Source: an uncultured bacterium
GTDB lineage: Bacteria > Margulisbacteria > WOR-1 > CAVSGV01
Assembly: GCA_963699255.1 (NCBI GenBank)
Contig: OY969425.1
Span: 1,230,001-1,262,000 of the forward strand
Direction: 5' to 3'
DNA: 32,000 nt
A model generated the notes under the pieces. The model had not been told where the DNA came from and did not search any database. It saw only the letters and a list, made by a program, of their open reading frames with translations. Position numbers and translations under genes: made by a program. Below, piece after piece: positions 1-8,822 of this stretch. Each line of letters opens with the position of its first letter. The stretch's first letter is position 1.

Positions 1-1
1 G

Positions 2-1018
2 TCGAAAACCGGCGTCAAAGACATAGTACTGTTTGAAAAGGAAAAGCTGCTGGGCACAGGCGCTACTCAATATTGCTCCGGCGGAGTAAGATATCAGTTC
101 TCGACCCCCATCAATGTCAAGTTCTCCATAGCCGCGTTCCCGGAGCTTGAGAAGTTCGACATCGGGATGCACAGATACGGATACCTCATCCTGGACATGA
201 AAGACGATTCGATGTCGAGGGTAAAAATGCAGAACGACCTGGGGGTAAAGAGCGAATATCTGACCCCGGCGCAGCTTAAAGAACGATTCCCGTATATCAA
301 TATTGAAGGAGTTAAGAGCGCTTCTTTCCACAAGCTTGACGGGATTGCCGAACCGGCGAAACTCATGGAGATCTATGAAAAAGGCGCGAAGGCTAACGGG
401 GTAAAGGTCAGATATGGGGTTAAGGTTAAGAGATTGGTCAAGGATGGGGATAGAGTTATTGGTCTGGAAACAAATGAAGGGATTATCAAGGCTGGTAAGG
501 TCATCCTAGCCGCCGGACCTCAATCCCCCGAACTCGCAAAGACCATCGGGTTGGACATCAAGATCGTTCCGAGAAGAAAATACATACTGGCCGTCACGGG
601 ATTCGACTTTGATTTTCCCGTCGTCATGGAAGTTCCTACGGGCTGGTACATAAAGAAGGAAGGCGCGGACGCCCTAGTTGGAATGTCCGGCAAGGAAGAG
701 AAGGCGGACTTCGAGAAAAAAGAAGAAAGCGTTACCGAAACCCTTGAGGCATCGCTGAAGAGATTCCCGCTGACCGAGAGCTCGAGCATAAAGAAAGTGA
801 ACAGCACCATGAGCGATGAGACCCCGGATAAGCACGCGGTGATCGATGACCACACGCCGGGGCTTATAATCGCAACGGGATTCTCCGGGCACGGTTTCAT
901 GCACTCGCCTGCTGTCGGCAGGATCGTGACAAACCTGATAAAGAATGAAAAGCCGGAACTGGATGTTTCTGAGCTTAAACTTCATCGAAGCCACATCAAA
1001 GAACCGATAGCGATCTGA
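2..1018 (+). CDS. FAD-dependent oxidoreductase (DAO / sarcosine-oxidase-beta-like), 5' end outside the window
   Basis: The frame of the 167..1018 ORF stays open back to nt 2 (SKTGVKDIVLFEKEKLLGTGATQYCSGGVRYQF...), so the gene is truncated by the window edge. The C-terminal ...IIATGFSGHGFMHSPAVGR... is typical of DAO-family flavoenzymes. Confidence 0.75.
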   Translation, partial: SKTGVKDIVLFEKEKLLGTGATQYCSGGVRYQFSTPINVKFSIAAFPELEKFDIGMHRYGYLILDMKDDSMSRVKMQNDLGVKSEYLTPAQLKERFPYINIEGVKSASFHKLDGIAEPAKLMEIYEKGAKANGVKVRYGVKVKRLVKDGDRVIGLETNEGIIKAGKVILAAGPQSPELAKTIGLDIKIVPRRKYILAVTGFDFDFPVVMEVPTGWYIKKEGADALVGMSGKEEKADFEKKEESVTETLEASLKRFPLTESSSIKKVNSTMSDETPDKHAVIDDHTPGLIIATGFSGHGFMHSPAVGRIVTNLIKNEKPELDVSELKLHRSHIKEPIAI

Positions 1019-1104
1019 TCTAAAATCCCCCGCTCGCTTCACTCGCGCCAACTCCTCATCCCCGGTTTGAGAACTATCATTATCTACTAATTCTGGCTAC
1101 ATAA

Positions 1105-1141
1105 CTCCCCTCTCCTTACAGGAGAGGGGCAAGGGGTGAAG
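1105..1141. repeat. GC-rich palindromic element, copy 1 (CTCCCCTCTCCTtacAGGAGAGGGGcaAGGGGTGAAG)
   Basis: Perfect 10-bp stem (1107-1116 pairs with 1120-1129) with a 3-nt loop, followed by GGGGTGA. A second, degenerate copy lies at 9299-9388. Confidence 0.7.
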
Positions 1142-1201
1142 TGCATTTCCAAGTTTACACAGTGCTCATATTAATGTAGAATTGGCACTTCGAGGCAGTA
1201 A

Positions 1202-1909
1202 ATGCTATCAATTATCGTTCCAACATATAATGAGAGCAGGAATATAGAGGCGCTTTTAACGCGTATTTTTACCGCGCTTAAGCCAAATTATACCCCTTAT
1301 GAAGTCATCGTTGTAGATGACAACTCCCCCGACGGAACAGCCCAGATAGCGGAAGCGCTTAAGTCCAAGTTCGACCTCAGGGTAGTGAAACGACCCCGCA
1401 AGATAGGGCTTGCCTCAGCGGTATTGAACGGCTTCAAGCTTGCGACAGGCGATATCCTGTGCGTGATGGACGCTGACCTGAGCCATCCTCCTGAAGCGAT
1501 ACCGGAAATGTACAAGGCGATCAGCAGCGGCGATTTCGAAGTGGTCATAGGCAGCAGGTGCGTTGAAGGAGGCGGGGCCACGAACTGGCCTTGGTACAGG
1601 CGGTTCGGTTCAACCTTTGCGCAGCTGCTCGCAAAGCCCATAACACATGTCAATGACAACACATCAGGATTTTTTATCATCAAAAGAAGCGTCCTTGAAG
1701 GCGCGGACATAAATCCGATAGGGTTCAAGATCCTCCTTGAGATCATCGCTAAGGGGAACTATTCAAAGATCAAAGAAATCCCCATAGTGTTCAATGATCG
1801 CGGCGGCGGCAAGAGCAAACTGGGCATGAAGCAGACAATGGAGTACCTGAAGCAGCTCGGCCTAATTTATTACGGGATATTTTCAGGCAAAATAAAAAGG
1901 AGGAAATAA
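1202..1909 (+). CDS. Family-2 glycosyltransferase, polyprenyl-phosphate sugar transferase type (DPM1/ArnC-like)
   Basis: 235 aa. Motifs IIVPTYNE, VIVVDDNSPDGT and DADLSHPP (DxD), with a short C-terminal amphipathic/basic tail. GAGG lies 6 nt upstream of the ATG. Confidence 0.85.
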   Translation: MLSIIVPTYNESRNIEALLTRIFTALKPNYTPYEVIVVDDNSPDGTAQIAEALKSKFDLRVVKRPRKIGLASAVLNGFKLATGDILCVMDADLSHPPEAIPEMYKAISSGDFEVVIGSRCVEGGGATNWPWYRRFGSTFAQLLAKPITHVNDNTSGFFIIKRSVLEGADINPIGFKILLEIIAKGNYSKIKEIPIVFNDRGGGKSKLGMKQTMEYLKQLGLIYYGIFSGKIKRRK

Positions 1910-1910
1910 T

Positions 1911-2270
1911 TTGGTTAATGTTCTTTTGCTGTTCGTTTCCATATCTCTTGCGGTCGCGGGCCAGCTGCTCATGAAACAGGGAATGATGATGTTCGGGAAG
2001 TTCCCCGTTACTCAGCTCCTGGCCAAAATGATCCCTATGATCTTTCAGCCTTACGTGTTCCTTGGCATAATTTGTTTTGGCGTGAGTTCCATTTTCTGGC
2101 TTGTGGTACTTTCACGCATAGATCTCAGCCTGGCATACCCTCTGGTGAGCATAGCTTATATAGTAGTGGCGATATTTTCTTATTATGTGTTCAAGGAGAA
2201 TGTTTCCCTGCTCAGGTGGATAGGAATAATAACTATTTGCCTGGGGGTGCTGCTGATATCCAGGAGTTAA
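1911..2270 (+). CDS. Small 4-TM EamA/SMR-like membrane protein (ArnE/ArnF-like candidate lipid-linked sugar flippase)
   Basis: 119 aa and strongly hydrophobic. TTG start 1 nt after the GT2 stop, suggesting translational coupling. The pairing with a polyprenyl-phosphate GT2 is a known arrangement. Confidence 0.65.
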   Translation: MVNVLLLFVSISLAVAGQLLMKQGMMMFGKFPVTQLLAKMIPMIFQPYVFLGIICFGVSSIFWLVVLSRIDLSLAYPLVSIAYIVVAIFSYYVFKENVSLLRWIGIITICLGVLLISRS

Positions 2271-2373
2271 TTAACAATGAACAATGACCCAATTAAACAA
2301 CAATGAAGAAATATTATTAATCGCCGAAGGCGACACCTTGTTGTTAATTGTTAATTGTGAAATTGTTAATTAA
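2267..2373. repeat. AT-rich about 105-bp inverted-repeat element, copy 1, between convergent genes (likely bidirectional terminator)
   Basis: TTAATTAACAATGAACAATGACCCAATTAAACAACAATG ... TCGCCgaaGGCGA ... CTTGTTGTTAATTGTTAATTGTGAAATTGTTAATTAA. The terminal TTAATTAA palindromes supply the stop codons of both flanking genes. It is homologous, in inverted orientation, to 4061-4160. Confidence 0.75.
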
Positions 2374-2861
2374 TCTTTCTTGTAGTACTTTGTGAAATCT
2401 TCCGGCTTCAGGTTGTCGACGAATTCCTTGAATTTCTTTGTCTCTTCGGCGTCCTTTTCCGCGTTGACCAGCTTTGCCTGCATCATAACGACTTCCGACA
2501 CGAATATCGGCGCCGATGCGCGTATCGCAAGAGCTATCGCGTCGGATGGCCTTGAATCAATGGTGATCTTTTCATTTTTTTCCTTCTCTATCTCTATTAC
2601 GGAGTAGAAGGTGCCTTCCTTGACGTCATTTATTATGATCCGTGAAACCTTCGCGTTAAACTTGTCGATCACGGACTTCAAAAGGTCATGCGTCATCGGG
2701 CGAGGCGGTCGAAGTCCCTGCAGTTCCATGGCAATGGACGCGGCCTCGAATATTCCTATCCATATGGGAAGAAAGTTCATCTCATCATGGTCCCTTAGCA
2801 GAACAAGTGGGGACAGGTTCCGGGGGTCAAATCCAAGCCCGCCGACTTCCATCTGGATCAT
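2370..2861 (-). CDS. Bifunctional nuclease family protein (DUF151/BFN domain)
   Basis: 163 aa. LPIWIGIFEAASIAMELQGLRPPRPMTHDLL matches the conserved BFN core. The ATG directly abuts the rplT stop (TAA-ATG). Confidence 0.8.
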   Translation of the reverse strand: MIQMEVGGLGFDPRNLSPLVLLRDHDEMNFLPIWIGIFEAASIAMELQGLRPPRPMTHDLLKSVIDKFNAKVSRIIINDVKEGTFYSVIEIEKEKNEKITIDSRPSDAIALAIRASAPIFVSEVVMMQAKLVNAEKDAEETKKFKEFVDNLKPEDFTKYYKKD

Positions 2862-3281
2862 TTACTTTTTTCCTGCTTGTCCGCCTTCGGAGGACCTGGC
2901 AGTCTTTGTGCTTTTGCCCGCTTTACCGGCAGGCGCGGCCTTTACGCTTTCAACAAGCTTATTGAATGTCTCACTGTCGTTAAGGGCCATTTCCGCAAGC
3001 ATTTTCCTGTCGATCAATATGTTCGCATTTTTTAAGCCGTTCATCAGCTTTCCATAGGTCAACCCTATTTTCCTGGCCGCCGCGTTTATCCTGGTGATCC
3101 ATAGAGCCCTCATATCCCCCTTGCGTTTCCTCCTGTGGGCAGTTGCATAGGACATGGCCCTGATCACGGCCTGATGCGAAGGCCTGAAAAGCTTTGATAA
3201 TGAACCGCGGAAACCCTTCGCCCTCTTAAGCAGTTTTTTTCTTCTATTGCGGGCTACATTGCCCCTTTTTACCCTGACCAT
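2862..3281 (-). CDS. rplT: 50S ribosomal protein L20 with a Lys/Ala/Gly-rich C-terminal extension
   Basis: MVRVKRGNVARNRRKKLLKRAKGFRG... is canonical L20. About 20 extra C-terminal residues. The ATG abuts the rpmI stop. Confidence 0.95.
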   Translation of the reverse strand: MVRVKRGNVARNRRKKLLKRAKGFRGSLSKLFRPSHQAVIRAMSYATAHRRKRKGDMRALWITRINAAARKIGLTYGKLMNGLKNANILIDRKMLAEMALNDSETFNKLVESVKAAPAGKAGKSTKTARSSEGGQAGKK

Positions 3282-3500
3282 CTATATTCCTCCCCGCCCC
3301 GCTTTGTAGCCGGGCATCATATGTCTTATTCTGTCCCTGTCGGAATGTGAAACCTCAACGCGCTTTCCGAGCTTCCTTTTCGTTGACTTTGCTTTGTGTT
3401 CGAGCAGATGTTTTTTCTTCGCCCTGTAACGGAATATCCTTCCGGACTTCCGTATCTTGAACCTTTTTGCCGCTGCTTTCCTTGTTTTTATTTTTGGCAA
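3282..3500 (-). CDS. rpmI: 50S ribosomal protein L35
   Basis: (M)PKIKTRKAAAKRFKIRKSGRI... is canonical L35. TTG start with GAGAGGGA upstream. Confidence 0.93.
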   Translation of the reverse strand: MPKIKTRKAAAKRFKIRKSGRIFRYRAKKKHLLEHKAKSTKRKLGKRVEVSHSDRDRIRHMMPGYKAGRGGI

Positions 3501-3529
3501 TTTAATATCCCTCTCAATCTATTCTGTGA

Positions 3530-4063
3530 TCATTTCGGGCTAAGGAGCATGAAATAAAGCTTGCCTTCGAGTTTCGGCCTGGTCTCAGGAGCGCCGCAAC
3601 TTGAAACGTCATCTATCAGCCGCTGCAACACATTTAAACCGAGCTGCGGATGCGTCACTTCCCTGCCTTTGAAACGCAGGGATATCTTCACTTTATGCCC
3701 TTTCTTCAAAAAATCGACCGTCTTGTTAAGGACAACTTGATAATCATGTTCGCCGATCTTTGATGAAAGCTTGAGTTCCTTCAGTGTCGTGGCTTTTTGC
3801 TTTTTTCGGGCTTCCTTTTCCTGCTTCATCATTTCATACTTCATTTTCCCGAAATCGGTGATCTTGCAAACCGGATTGTTACTATCCGCCGAGACCAGTA
3901 TCAGGTCGAATCCGCCCTCTCTCGCGATCCTTAGGGCCTCATCCCTTGACATTATTCCAAGCTGTTTCCCGTCCGCATCAATGACCCTGACGTTTCCCGG
4001 ACGGATCCTCTCGTTGATGATGTAATTTTTTATCCTTCTCGAACCCCCTTTTTCAATGACCAA
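3530..4063 (-). CDS. infC: Translation initiation factor IF-3
   Basis: INERIRPGNVRVIDADGKQLGIMSRDEALRIAREGGFDLILVSADSNNPVCKITDFGK is canonical IF-3. The exact start is uncertain: TTG at 4063 (ORF track), or in-frame non-canonical ATT (4057) or ATA (4033). A non-canonical start would fit the known AUU-type autoregulated infC start. Confidence 0.9.
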   Translation of the reverse strand: MVIEKGGSRRIKNYIINERIRPGNVRVIDADGKQLGIMSRDEALRIAREGGFDLILVSADSNNPVCKITDFGKMKYEMMKQEKEARKKQKATTLKELKLSSKIGEHDYQVVLNKTVDFLKKGHKVKISLRFKGREVTHPQLGLNVLQRLIDDVSSCGAPETRPKLEGKLYFMLLSPK

Positions 4064-4160
4064 TTAACAATTATTCAATTAACAACAATGCGTCGCTTCG
4101 CGACATATTATTAAATATTTTTCATCGTTGTTAATTGTGTCATTGTTCATTATTAATTAT
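4061..4160. repeat. AT-rich about 100-bp inverted-repeat element, copy 2 (inverted relative to copy 1), between thrS and infC
   Basis: The reverse complement reads ATAATTAATAATGAACAATGACACAATTAACAACGATG ... GTCGCgaaGCGAC ... CATTGTTGTTAATTGAATAATTGTTAATTG. Same arms, same 5-bp GC stem and same GAA triloop architecture as 2267-2373. Confidence 0.75.
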
Positions 4161-4168
4161 ATATTTAT

Positions 4169-5896
4169 TTACCGTTTCTTACCAGCAATTTCTTTTTTGA
4201 TCAGAGAGACGAAATCTTCAAGCTTGCTTGAACCAAGGTCGCCCTTTCCCCTCGCCCTTATTGAAACCGTGTTCGAACCTATTTCTTTGTCGCCTATTAT
4301 CATCATATATGGGGTTTTTTGGGTCTCGGCATCCCTGATCTTAAGCCCGATCTTTTCCCTTCGGTCATCCACTTCCACCCTGATATCGTTGCCAAAAAGC
4401 TCGTCCCTCACCTTTTTTGCGTAATCAAGGTGCCTGTCAGCTATCGGAAGTATCTGGACCTGAACAGGGGAAAGCCACACAGGGAAAGCCCCCGCGTAAT
4501 GTTCTATCAGGGCGCCTATGAACCGCTCCATAGATCCCAGCACTACCCTGTGGATCATTGCCGGGCGGTGCTCTTTCCCGTCCTCGCCGGTATATTTCAG
4601 GTCGAACCTCTCGGGAAGCTGAAAATCCACCTGTATGGTAGGCCCCTGCCAGAGGCGGCCTATCGCATCTTTCAGTTTTATATCGATCTTGGGTCCGTAG
4701 AAAACGCCCGCGCCCTCATCTATCTTATAGGTTTCGCCTTTCGACTTAAGCGCATTGACCAGGGCTTCGGTCGCGTGTTCCCAGTTCTCTTTTGTCCCGA
4801 CATATTTTTCAGGCCTAGTTGAAAGATTTATCTCATAGTCAAATCCGAAAACTTTCATCATATCGAACACAAAATCTATTACCTTAATGATCTCGTCCTT
4901 CAGCTGCTCATGCGTGCAGAAGATATGGGCGTCATCCTGAGTGAAACCCCTTACTCTCAGCAATCCGTGAAGGACCCCGGATTTTTCATGACGATATACG
5001 GTGCCGAGTTCAAAGTATTTTATAGGCAGATCGCGGTAGCTCCTGAGCTTTCTCTTGAATATCAGGATATGCCCTGGGCAGTTCATCGGTTTTAACACGT
5101 ACTCCTGCTCCTCAATTTTCAAGTAATACATAAATTCCCGATAATACCCCGAGTGTCCCGAGGTGTTCCACAGATCCGCCTTGGCAATGTGAGGGATAAC
5201 GACTGTTTCATATCCCCGCTTTCTGTGTTCCGCCTTCAAGAAAGTCTCTATTGTCTCTCTCAGAACGGCGCCCTTCGGATAATAATATACGAGGCCCGCC
5301 CCGGCTTCTTCCTGGAAAATATTGAAAAGGTCTAGCAGCTTGCCCAGTTTCCTGTGGTCGCGCTTCCCGGCCTCTTCGATGAGCTTAAGATGATCATCCA
5401 GATCTTTCTGGGATTCAAAAGCTGTTCCGTAGATCCTCTGTAGCATCTTGTTCTTTTCGGAACCCCTCCAATAAGCTCCCGCTATTGACAGAAGCTTGAA
5501 CGCCTTGATGTCCTTTGTCGACCCGACATGCGGACCGCGGCACAGGTCGGTGAACGCGCCGTTCTTGTAAAAAGTGACATTTTCGTCGGGGATGTCGTTC
5601 AGGATCTCAACCTTGTATATTTCACCCTCGTTTTTCATGAGCTTTATCGCTTCGGCCCTGCTTATTTCCTGACGTTCGAATTTCTCTCCGCGGGCGATGA
5701 TCTCCCTCATTTTCTCCTCGATCTTCGGGAGGTCGTCCTCGACCAGCGTGTGGGGCATGTCGAAATCATAATAAAAACCCGTTTCAATGGAGGGGCCTAT
5801 CGCAAGGAGAACATTGGGAAAGAGCTCCTTTACGGCTTCTGCCATTATGTGCGATGTTGAGTGACGAAGTGTTTCCAGTTTAGACGGCTCTTTCAA
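4169..5896 (-). CDS. thrS: Threonine--tRNA ligase lacking the N-terminal TGS domain
   Basis: 575 aa. It begins at the editing-domain HxxxH motif (RHSTSHIMA, aa 11-18). Class-II core and anticodon-binding domain are present. TTG start with GAGGAG 6 nt upstream. Only 9 nt separate it from the upstream ORF. Confidence 0.93.
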   Translation of the reverse strand: MKEPSKLETLRHSTSHIMAEAVKELFPNVLLAIGPSIETGFYYDFDMPHTLVEDDLPKIEEKMREIIARGEKFERQEISRAEAIKLMKNEGEIYKVEILNDIPDENVTFYKNGAFTDLCRGPHVGSTKDIKAFKLLSIAGAYWRGSEKNKMLQRIYGTAFESQKDLDDHLKLIEEAGKRDHRKLGKLLDLFNIFQEEAGAGLVYYYPKGAVLRETIETFLKAEHRKRGYETVVIPHIAKADLWNTSGHSGYYREFMYYLKIEEQEYVLKPMNCPGHILIFKRKLRSYRDLPIKYFELGTVYRHEKSGVLHGLLRVRGFTQDDAHIFCTHEQLKDEIIKVIDFVFDMMKVFGFDYEINLSTRPEKYVGTKENWEHATEALVNALKSKGETYKIDEGAGVFYGPKIDIKLKDAIGRLWQGPTIQVDFQLPERFDLKYTGEDGKEHRPAMIHRVVLGSMERFIGALIEHYAGAFPVWLSPVQVQILPIADRHLDYAKKVRDELFGNDIRVEVDDRREKIGLKIRDAETQKTPYMMIIGDKEIGSNTVSIRARGKGDLGSSKLEDFVSLIKKEIAGKKR

Positions 5897-5905
5897 AGTA
5901 TCTCC

Positions 5906-6166
5906 TCAGTTCAGGCTCAGCGGAAGTTTTGTCATCATGAACGGAACGTTTATCGATCCGCTAGAAGATAGTTTTGCGTGTATGTCCTTGAAGGATCCCT
6001 TAAGGCTTATCTTTATGTTTTCTGCCACTATTTCAGAGATCTTTTCTATCATGTCATCAAGCGCTTCCTCAATGCTTGCGCCTTCGCTTTCGCAGTTCGG
6101 GAAATTTGGGCAGGAAACTATGAAGCTACCGTCATCTTTCGGTTTAACTATTATGTCCAGATTCAT
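5906..6166 (-). CDS. Small HicB-like / UPF0150-fold protein, with no HicA partner in the window
   Basis: 86 aa. The N-terminus DGSFIVSCPNFPNCESEGASIEEALDDMIEKI matches the HicB-N/UPF0150 pattern (x-CP-x-PGC-x-G-x-T-x-EEAL). Confidence 0.5.
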   Translation of the reverse strand: MNLDIIVKPKDDGSFIVSCPNFPNCESEGASIEEALDDMIEKISEIVAENIKISLKGSFKDIHAKLSSSGSINVPFMMTKLPLSLN

Positions 6167-6188
6167 GCTCTAATTATACCATCTGGGC

Positions 6189-7340
6189 CTATGCCATGCT
6201 AGTTATTATCTCTTTTTTTGCCCACAGATCGGCCGCCAGGATATCTTCAAGGGTCGGCTCGCTTGTATTGAAATGCTTATCCATAGCCTGTTTTACAAGC
6301 AGCGGGATATCCGTGAACTTTATCCGCCCTTCAAGGAACAACCTTACCGCTTCGTTGTTCGCGGCGTTCAGCACAGCGGGCACGGTCCCGCCCCGTCTTC
6401 CCGCGATATAGGCGTAATCGAGGCATGGGAATTTTTCCCTGTCCGGCGCTAAAAAAGTGAGTGCCTCTACCTTTGTAAGGTTGATCAGATCGAATTTGTT
6501 CTGGGCCCTTTCTCCATCAAATAATGCATATTGAATTGGTATCCTCATGTCCGGTGCGGCCATCTGGGCGATTATCGAGCCGTCAAGGAATTCGACCATC
6601 GAATGGATCACGCTCTGGGGATGTATTACAACATCTATTTTTGAATAATCCAATCCGAACAGATGATGCGCTTCGATCACTTCAAAACCCTTATTCATAA
6701 GGCTGGCGGAGTCAACGGAGATCTTATCCCCCATGCGCCACCTCGGGTGAGCCAGGGCATCACTAACGGAAACCCTGGAGAACTTATCGGCTGAAAGCGT
6801 AAGGAACGGCCCGCCGGAAGCCGTTAAGATCACTTTTTTTATCTTTGAGAGATCCTCGGATCTCAAGCACTGCGCGACACCCGAATGCTCGCTGTCTATG
6901 GGGGCCAATCTTATTTTCTTTTTTTTGACCTCCCTCATTATTATATCGCCCGCCGCAACAAGCACCTCCTTGCTTGCAAGAGCGATGTTCTTTTTAAGAC
7001 CGATGGCTTCCATCGTCGGGATTATCCCTGTTGAGCCCGGGATAGCGACCACAACCGTATCAGAATCCTTATGGGTAGAGACCTTGATAAGCCCTTCGCT
7101 TCCGAAGTACACAACGGTAGTGGTTTTCCCCAGTTTTCCCTGAAGTATCTCGGCGGACGCTTCCGTATCCACCGAAACTATTTTTGGCGAGAATCTTTTT
7201 ACCTGCTCCGCGAGGACGTTCAGGTTGTCTTTTGCGGCAAGCCCAATGACCTTGAACCTGTTCGGGAACGAGGAAATGACGTCCAGCGTTTGAAGGCCAA
7301 TAGAGCCGGTCGAGCCTAGAATAGAGATGTTCTTTCTCAA
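6189..7340 (-). CDS. dxr: 1-deoxy-D-xylulose-5-phosphate reductoisomerase
   Basis: 383 aa. ISILGSTGSIGLQTLDV (NADPH site), ...DSEHS..., ...HPRWRMG... TTG start. Confidence 0.95.
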   Translation of the reverse strand: MRKNISILGSTGSIGLQTLDVISSFPNRFKVIGLAAKDNLNVLAEQVKRFSPKIVSVDTEASAEILQGKLGKTTTVVYFGSEGLIKVSTHKDSDTVVVAIPGSTGIIPTMEAIGLKKNIALASKEVLVAAGDIIMREVKKKKIRLAPIDSEHSGVAQCLRSEDLSKIKKVILTASGGPFLTLSADKFSRVSVSDALAHPRWRMGDKISVDSASLMNKGFEVIEAHHLFGLDYSKIDVVIHPQSVIHSMVEFLDGSIIAQMAAPDMRIPIQYALFDGERAQNKFDLINLTKVEALTFLAPDREKFPCLDYAYIAGRRGGTVPAVLNAANNEAVRLFLEGRIKFTDIPLLVKQAMDKHFNTSEPTLEDILAADLWAKKEIITSMA

Positions 7341-7372
7341 ATCAGTTCACCCGAAGGATACGGAGGGACTTA

Positions 7373-8368
7373 TCATTTTTTCTTCAGCCAGCTCATCATT
7401 TTGCGCAGCTGTGCGCCGACAATCTCGATAAGATGTTCCCTGTCTTTTCTCATTAGAGCGTTGTAAACCGGTCTTCCCGCCTGATTTTCCGTGATCCATT
7501 CTTTCGCGAATGAGCCGTTCTGAATACGATTTAAAGCGTACTGCATCCTGGCCCTGACCGAATCGTCGATAATATACGGGCCTACGGTGATATCGCCGTA
7601 TTTTGCCGTAGTGCTTATACCATCTCTCATTCCGGAAATCCCTCTTTCATACATAAGATCAACGATCAACTTCAGCTCATGCATGCATTCAAAATAAGCG
7701 ATCTCCGGCTGGTAACCGGCGTTGACCAGTATCTCAAATCCGGATTTGACCAGTGAGGTCGTCCCGCCGCAAAGAACGCACTGTTCGCCAAAAAGGTCGG
7801 TTTCGGTCTCTTCTTTGAAAGTTGTTTCAAGGACGCCGGCCCTTGTCGCGCCGATGCCTTTTGCGTACGCGAGTGCGACATCTTTTCCTTTGCCTGTCGG
7901 ATCCTGCTGGACGGCAAATATAGCCGGGACGCCGCTTCCTTCCGTATAAAGTTTTCTAACAAGCGGGCCTGGTCCTTTCGGCGCCACCATTATCACATCC
8001 ACGTCCGCGGGCGGTAGTATCTGGTTGAAATGGATATTGAAGCCGTGCGAGAACATTAGGGTTTTTCCCTTTGTCATATTCTTCGCTATGGATTGTTTAT
8101 ATACCCCCCCCTGAAGTTCATCCGGCACCAGCATCTGGACTATGTCCGCCTGCTTGGATGCTTCTTCAGCTGACATAGGCTTATATCCGTCCTTCTTCGC
8201 TCTATCCCAATTCGGACTCCCCTCCAATTCCGAAACAATAACGTTCACCCCGCTGTCCTTTAGGTTCATTCCCTGGGCCCCTCCCTGACTGCCGTACCCT
8301 ATCATCGCGACCGTTTTCCCCTTCAAAATATTCAGATCCGCATCCTTATCATAATATACCTTTGCCAT
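7373..8368 (-). CDS. ilvC: Ketol-acid reductoisomerase (class I)
   Basis: 331 aa. [12 protein letters not shown]...[18 protein letters not shown]...FSHGFNIHF... is canonical KARI. Confidence 0.96.
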   Translation of the reverse strand: MAKVYYDKDADLNILKGKTVAMIGYGSQGGAQGMNLKDSGVNVIVSELEGSPNWDRAKKDGYKPMSAEEASKQADIVQMLVPDELQGGVYKQSIAKNMTKGKTLMFSHGFNIHFNQILPPADVDVIMVAPKGPGPLVRKLYTEGSGVPAIFAVQQDPTGKGKDVALAYAKGIGATRAGVLETTFKEETETDLFGEQCVLCGGTTSLVKSGFEILVNAGYQPEIAYFECMHELKLIVDLMYERGISGMRDGISTTAKYGDITVGPYIIDDSVRARMQYALNRIQNGSFAKEWITENQAGRPVYNALMRKDREHLIEIVGAQLRKMMSWLKKK

Positions 8369-8369
8369 A

Positions 8370-8822
8370 TCAACCCCTCCTTTTCTTTTTATTCAATCCA
8401 CACCACAAATTATCGCAGCTTGAACAGGCCGTCATCCCGTGCAGGAAAAACCAGCCCCAAAAGAGCGCTATAGAGACCGCCGCTAACAAATAATCCTCGT
8501 AATAAAGCAGGAACGGCACCGGGAACACGGCGACCATAAGCCAGAGAGACGCCAGTAATGCATCCTCCGGATCGGACGGCCCCTCATGCCTCCCATCAAA
8601 AAAATACTTCGAGATCAACCCCCCGAATATATAACATTCTTTTCCAAAATACACGCACCTTGTGCAATAGAGGTACGTGTGAGCAAAAATGACTCCGCCC
8701 GCAAAAATGAAATAAATATACGGCAGAAGGTTGTTGTGCACATACAGCGTAAAAGTCCCGAACAATACGCATATTGCCAGCCCGGGAACGTTCACCAGAC
8801 GGTTAAGATCGCACCTATTCAT
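8370..8822 (-). CDS. Hypothetical Cys-rich polytopic membrane protein embedded in the ilv operon
   Basis: The start is taken at the internal ATG at 8822 (MNRCDLNRL...), which overlaps the ilvN stop as ATGAATAG. The stop lies 1 nt from the ilvC ATG. Several hydrophobic segments, plus CTRCx7C and CSSCx4C motifs. No family recognised. Confidence 0.55.
   Translation of the reverse strand: MNRCDLNRLVNVPGLAICVLFGTFTLYVHNNLLPYIYFIFAGGVIFAHTYLYCTRCVYFGKECYIFGGLISKYFFDGRHEGPSDPEDALLASLWLMVAVFPVPFLLYYEDYLLAAVSIALFWGWFFLHGMTACSSCDNLWCGLNKKKRRG

Noticed and set aside
94-1051. Minus-strand ORFs 94..366, 520..900 and 674..1051 inside the oxidoreductase gene. Similar minor ORFs were also noted: 2072..2287 (+), 2392..3057 (+), 3771..4025 (+) and 5937..6202 (+).
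   Set aside because: They overlap better-supported genes in other frames or on the other strand, and show no recognisable motifs.
5897-5905. A T-box or riboswitch-type leader upstream of thrS, or an attenuator leader upstream of the ilv genes.
   Set aside because: Only 9 nt precede thrS. The ilvD 5' region between the candidate promoter and the ATG is about 38 nt, too short for a T-box, a leader peptide or a riboswitch.
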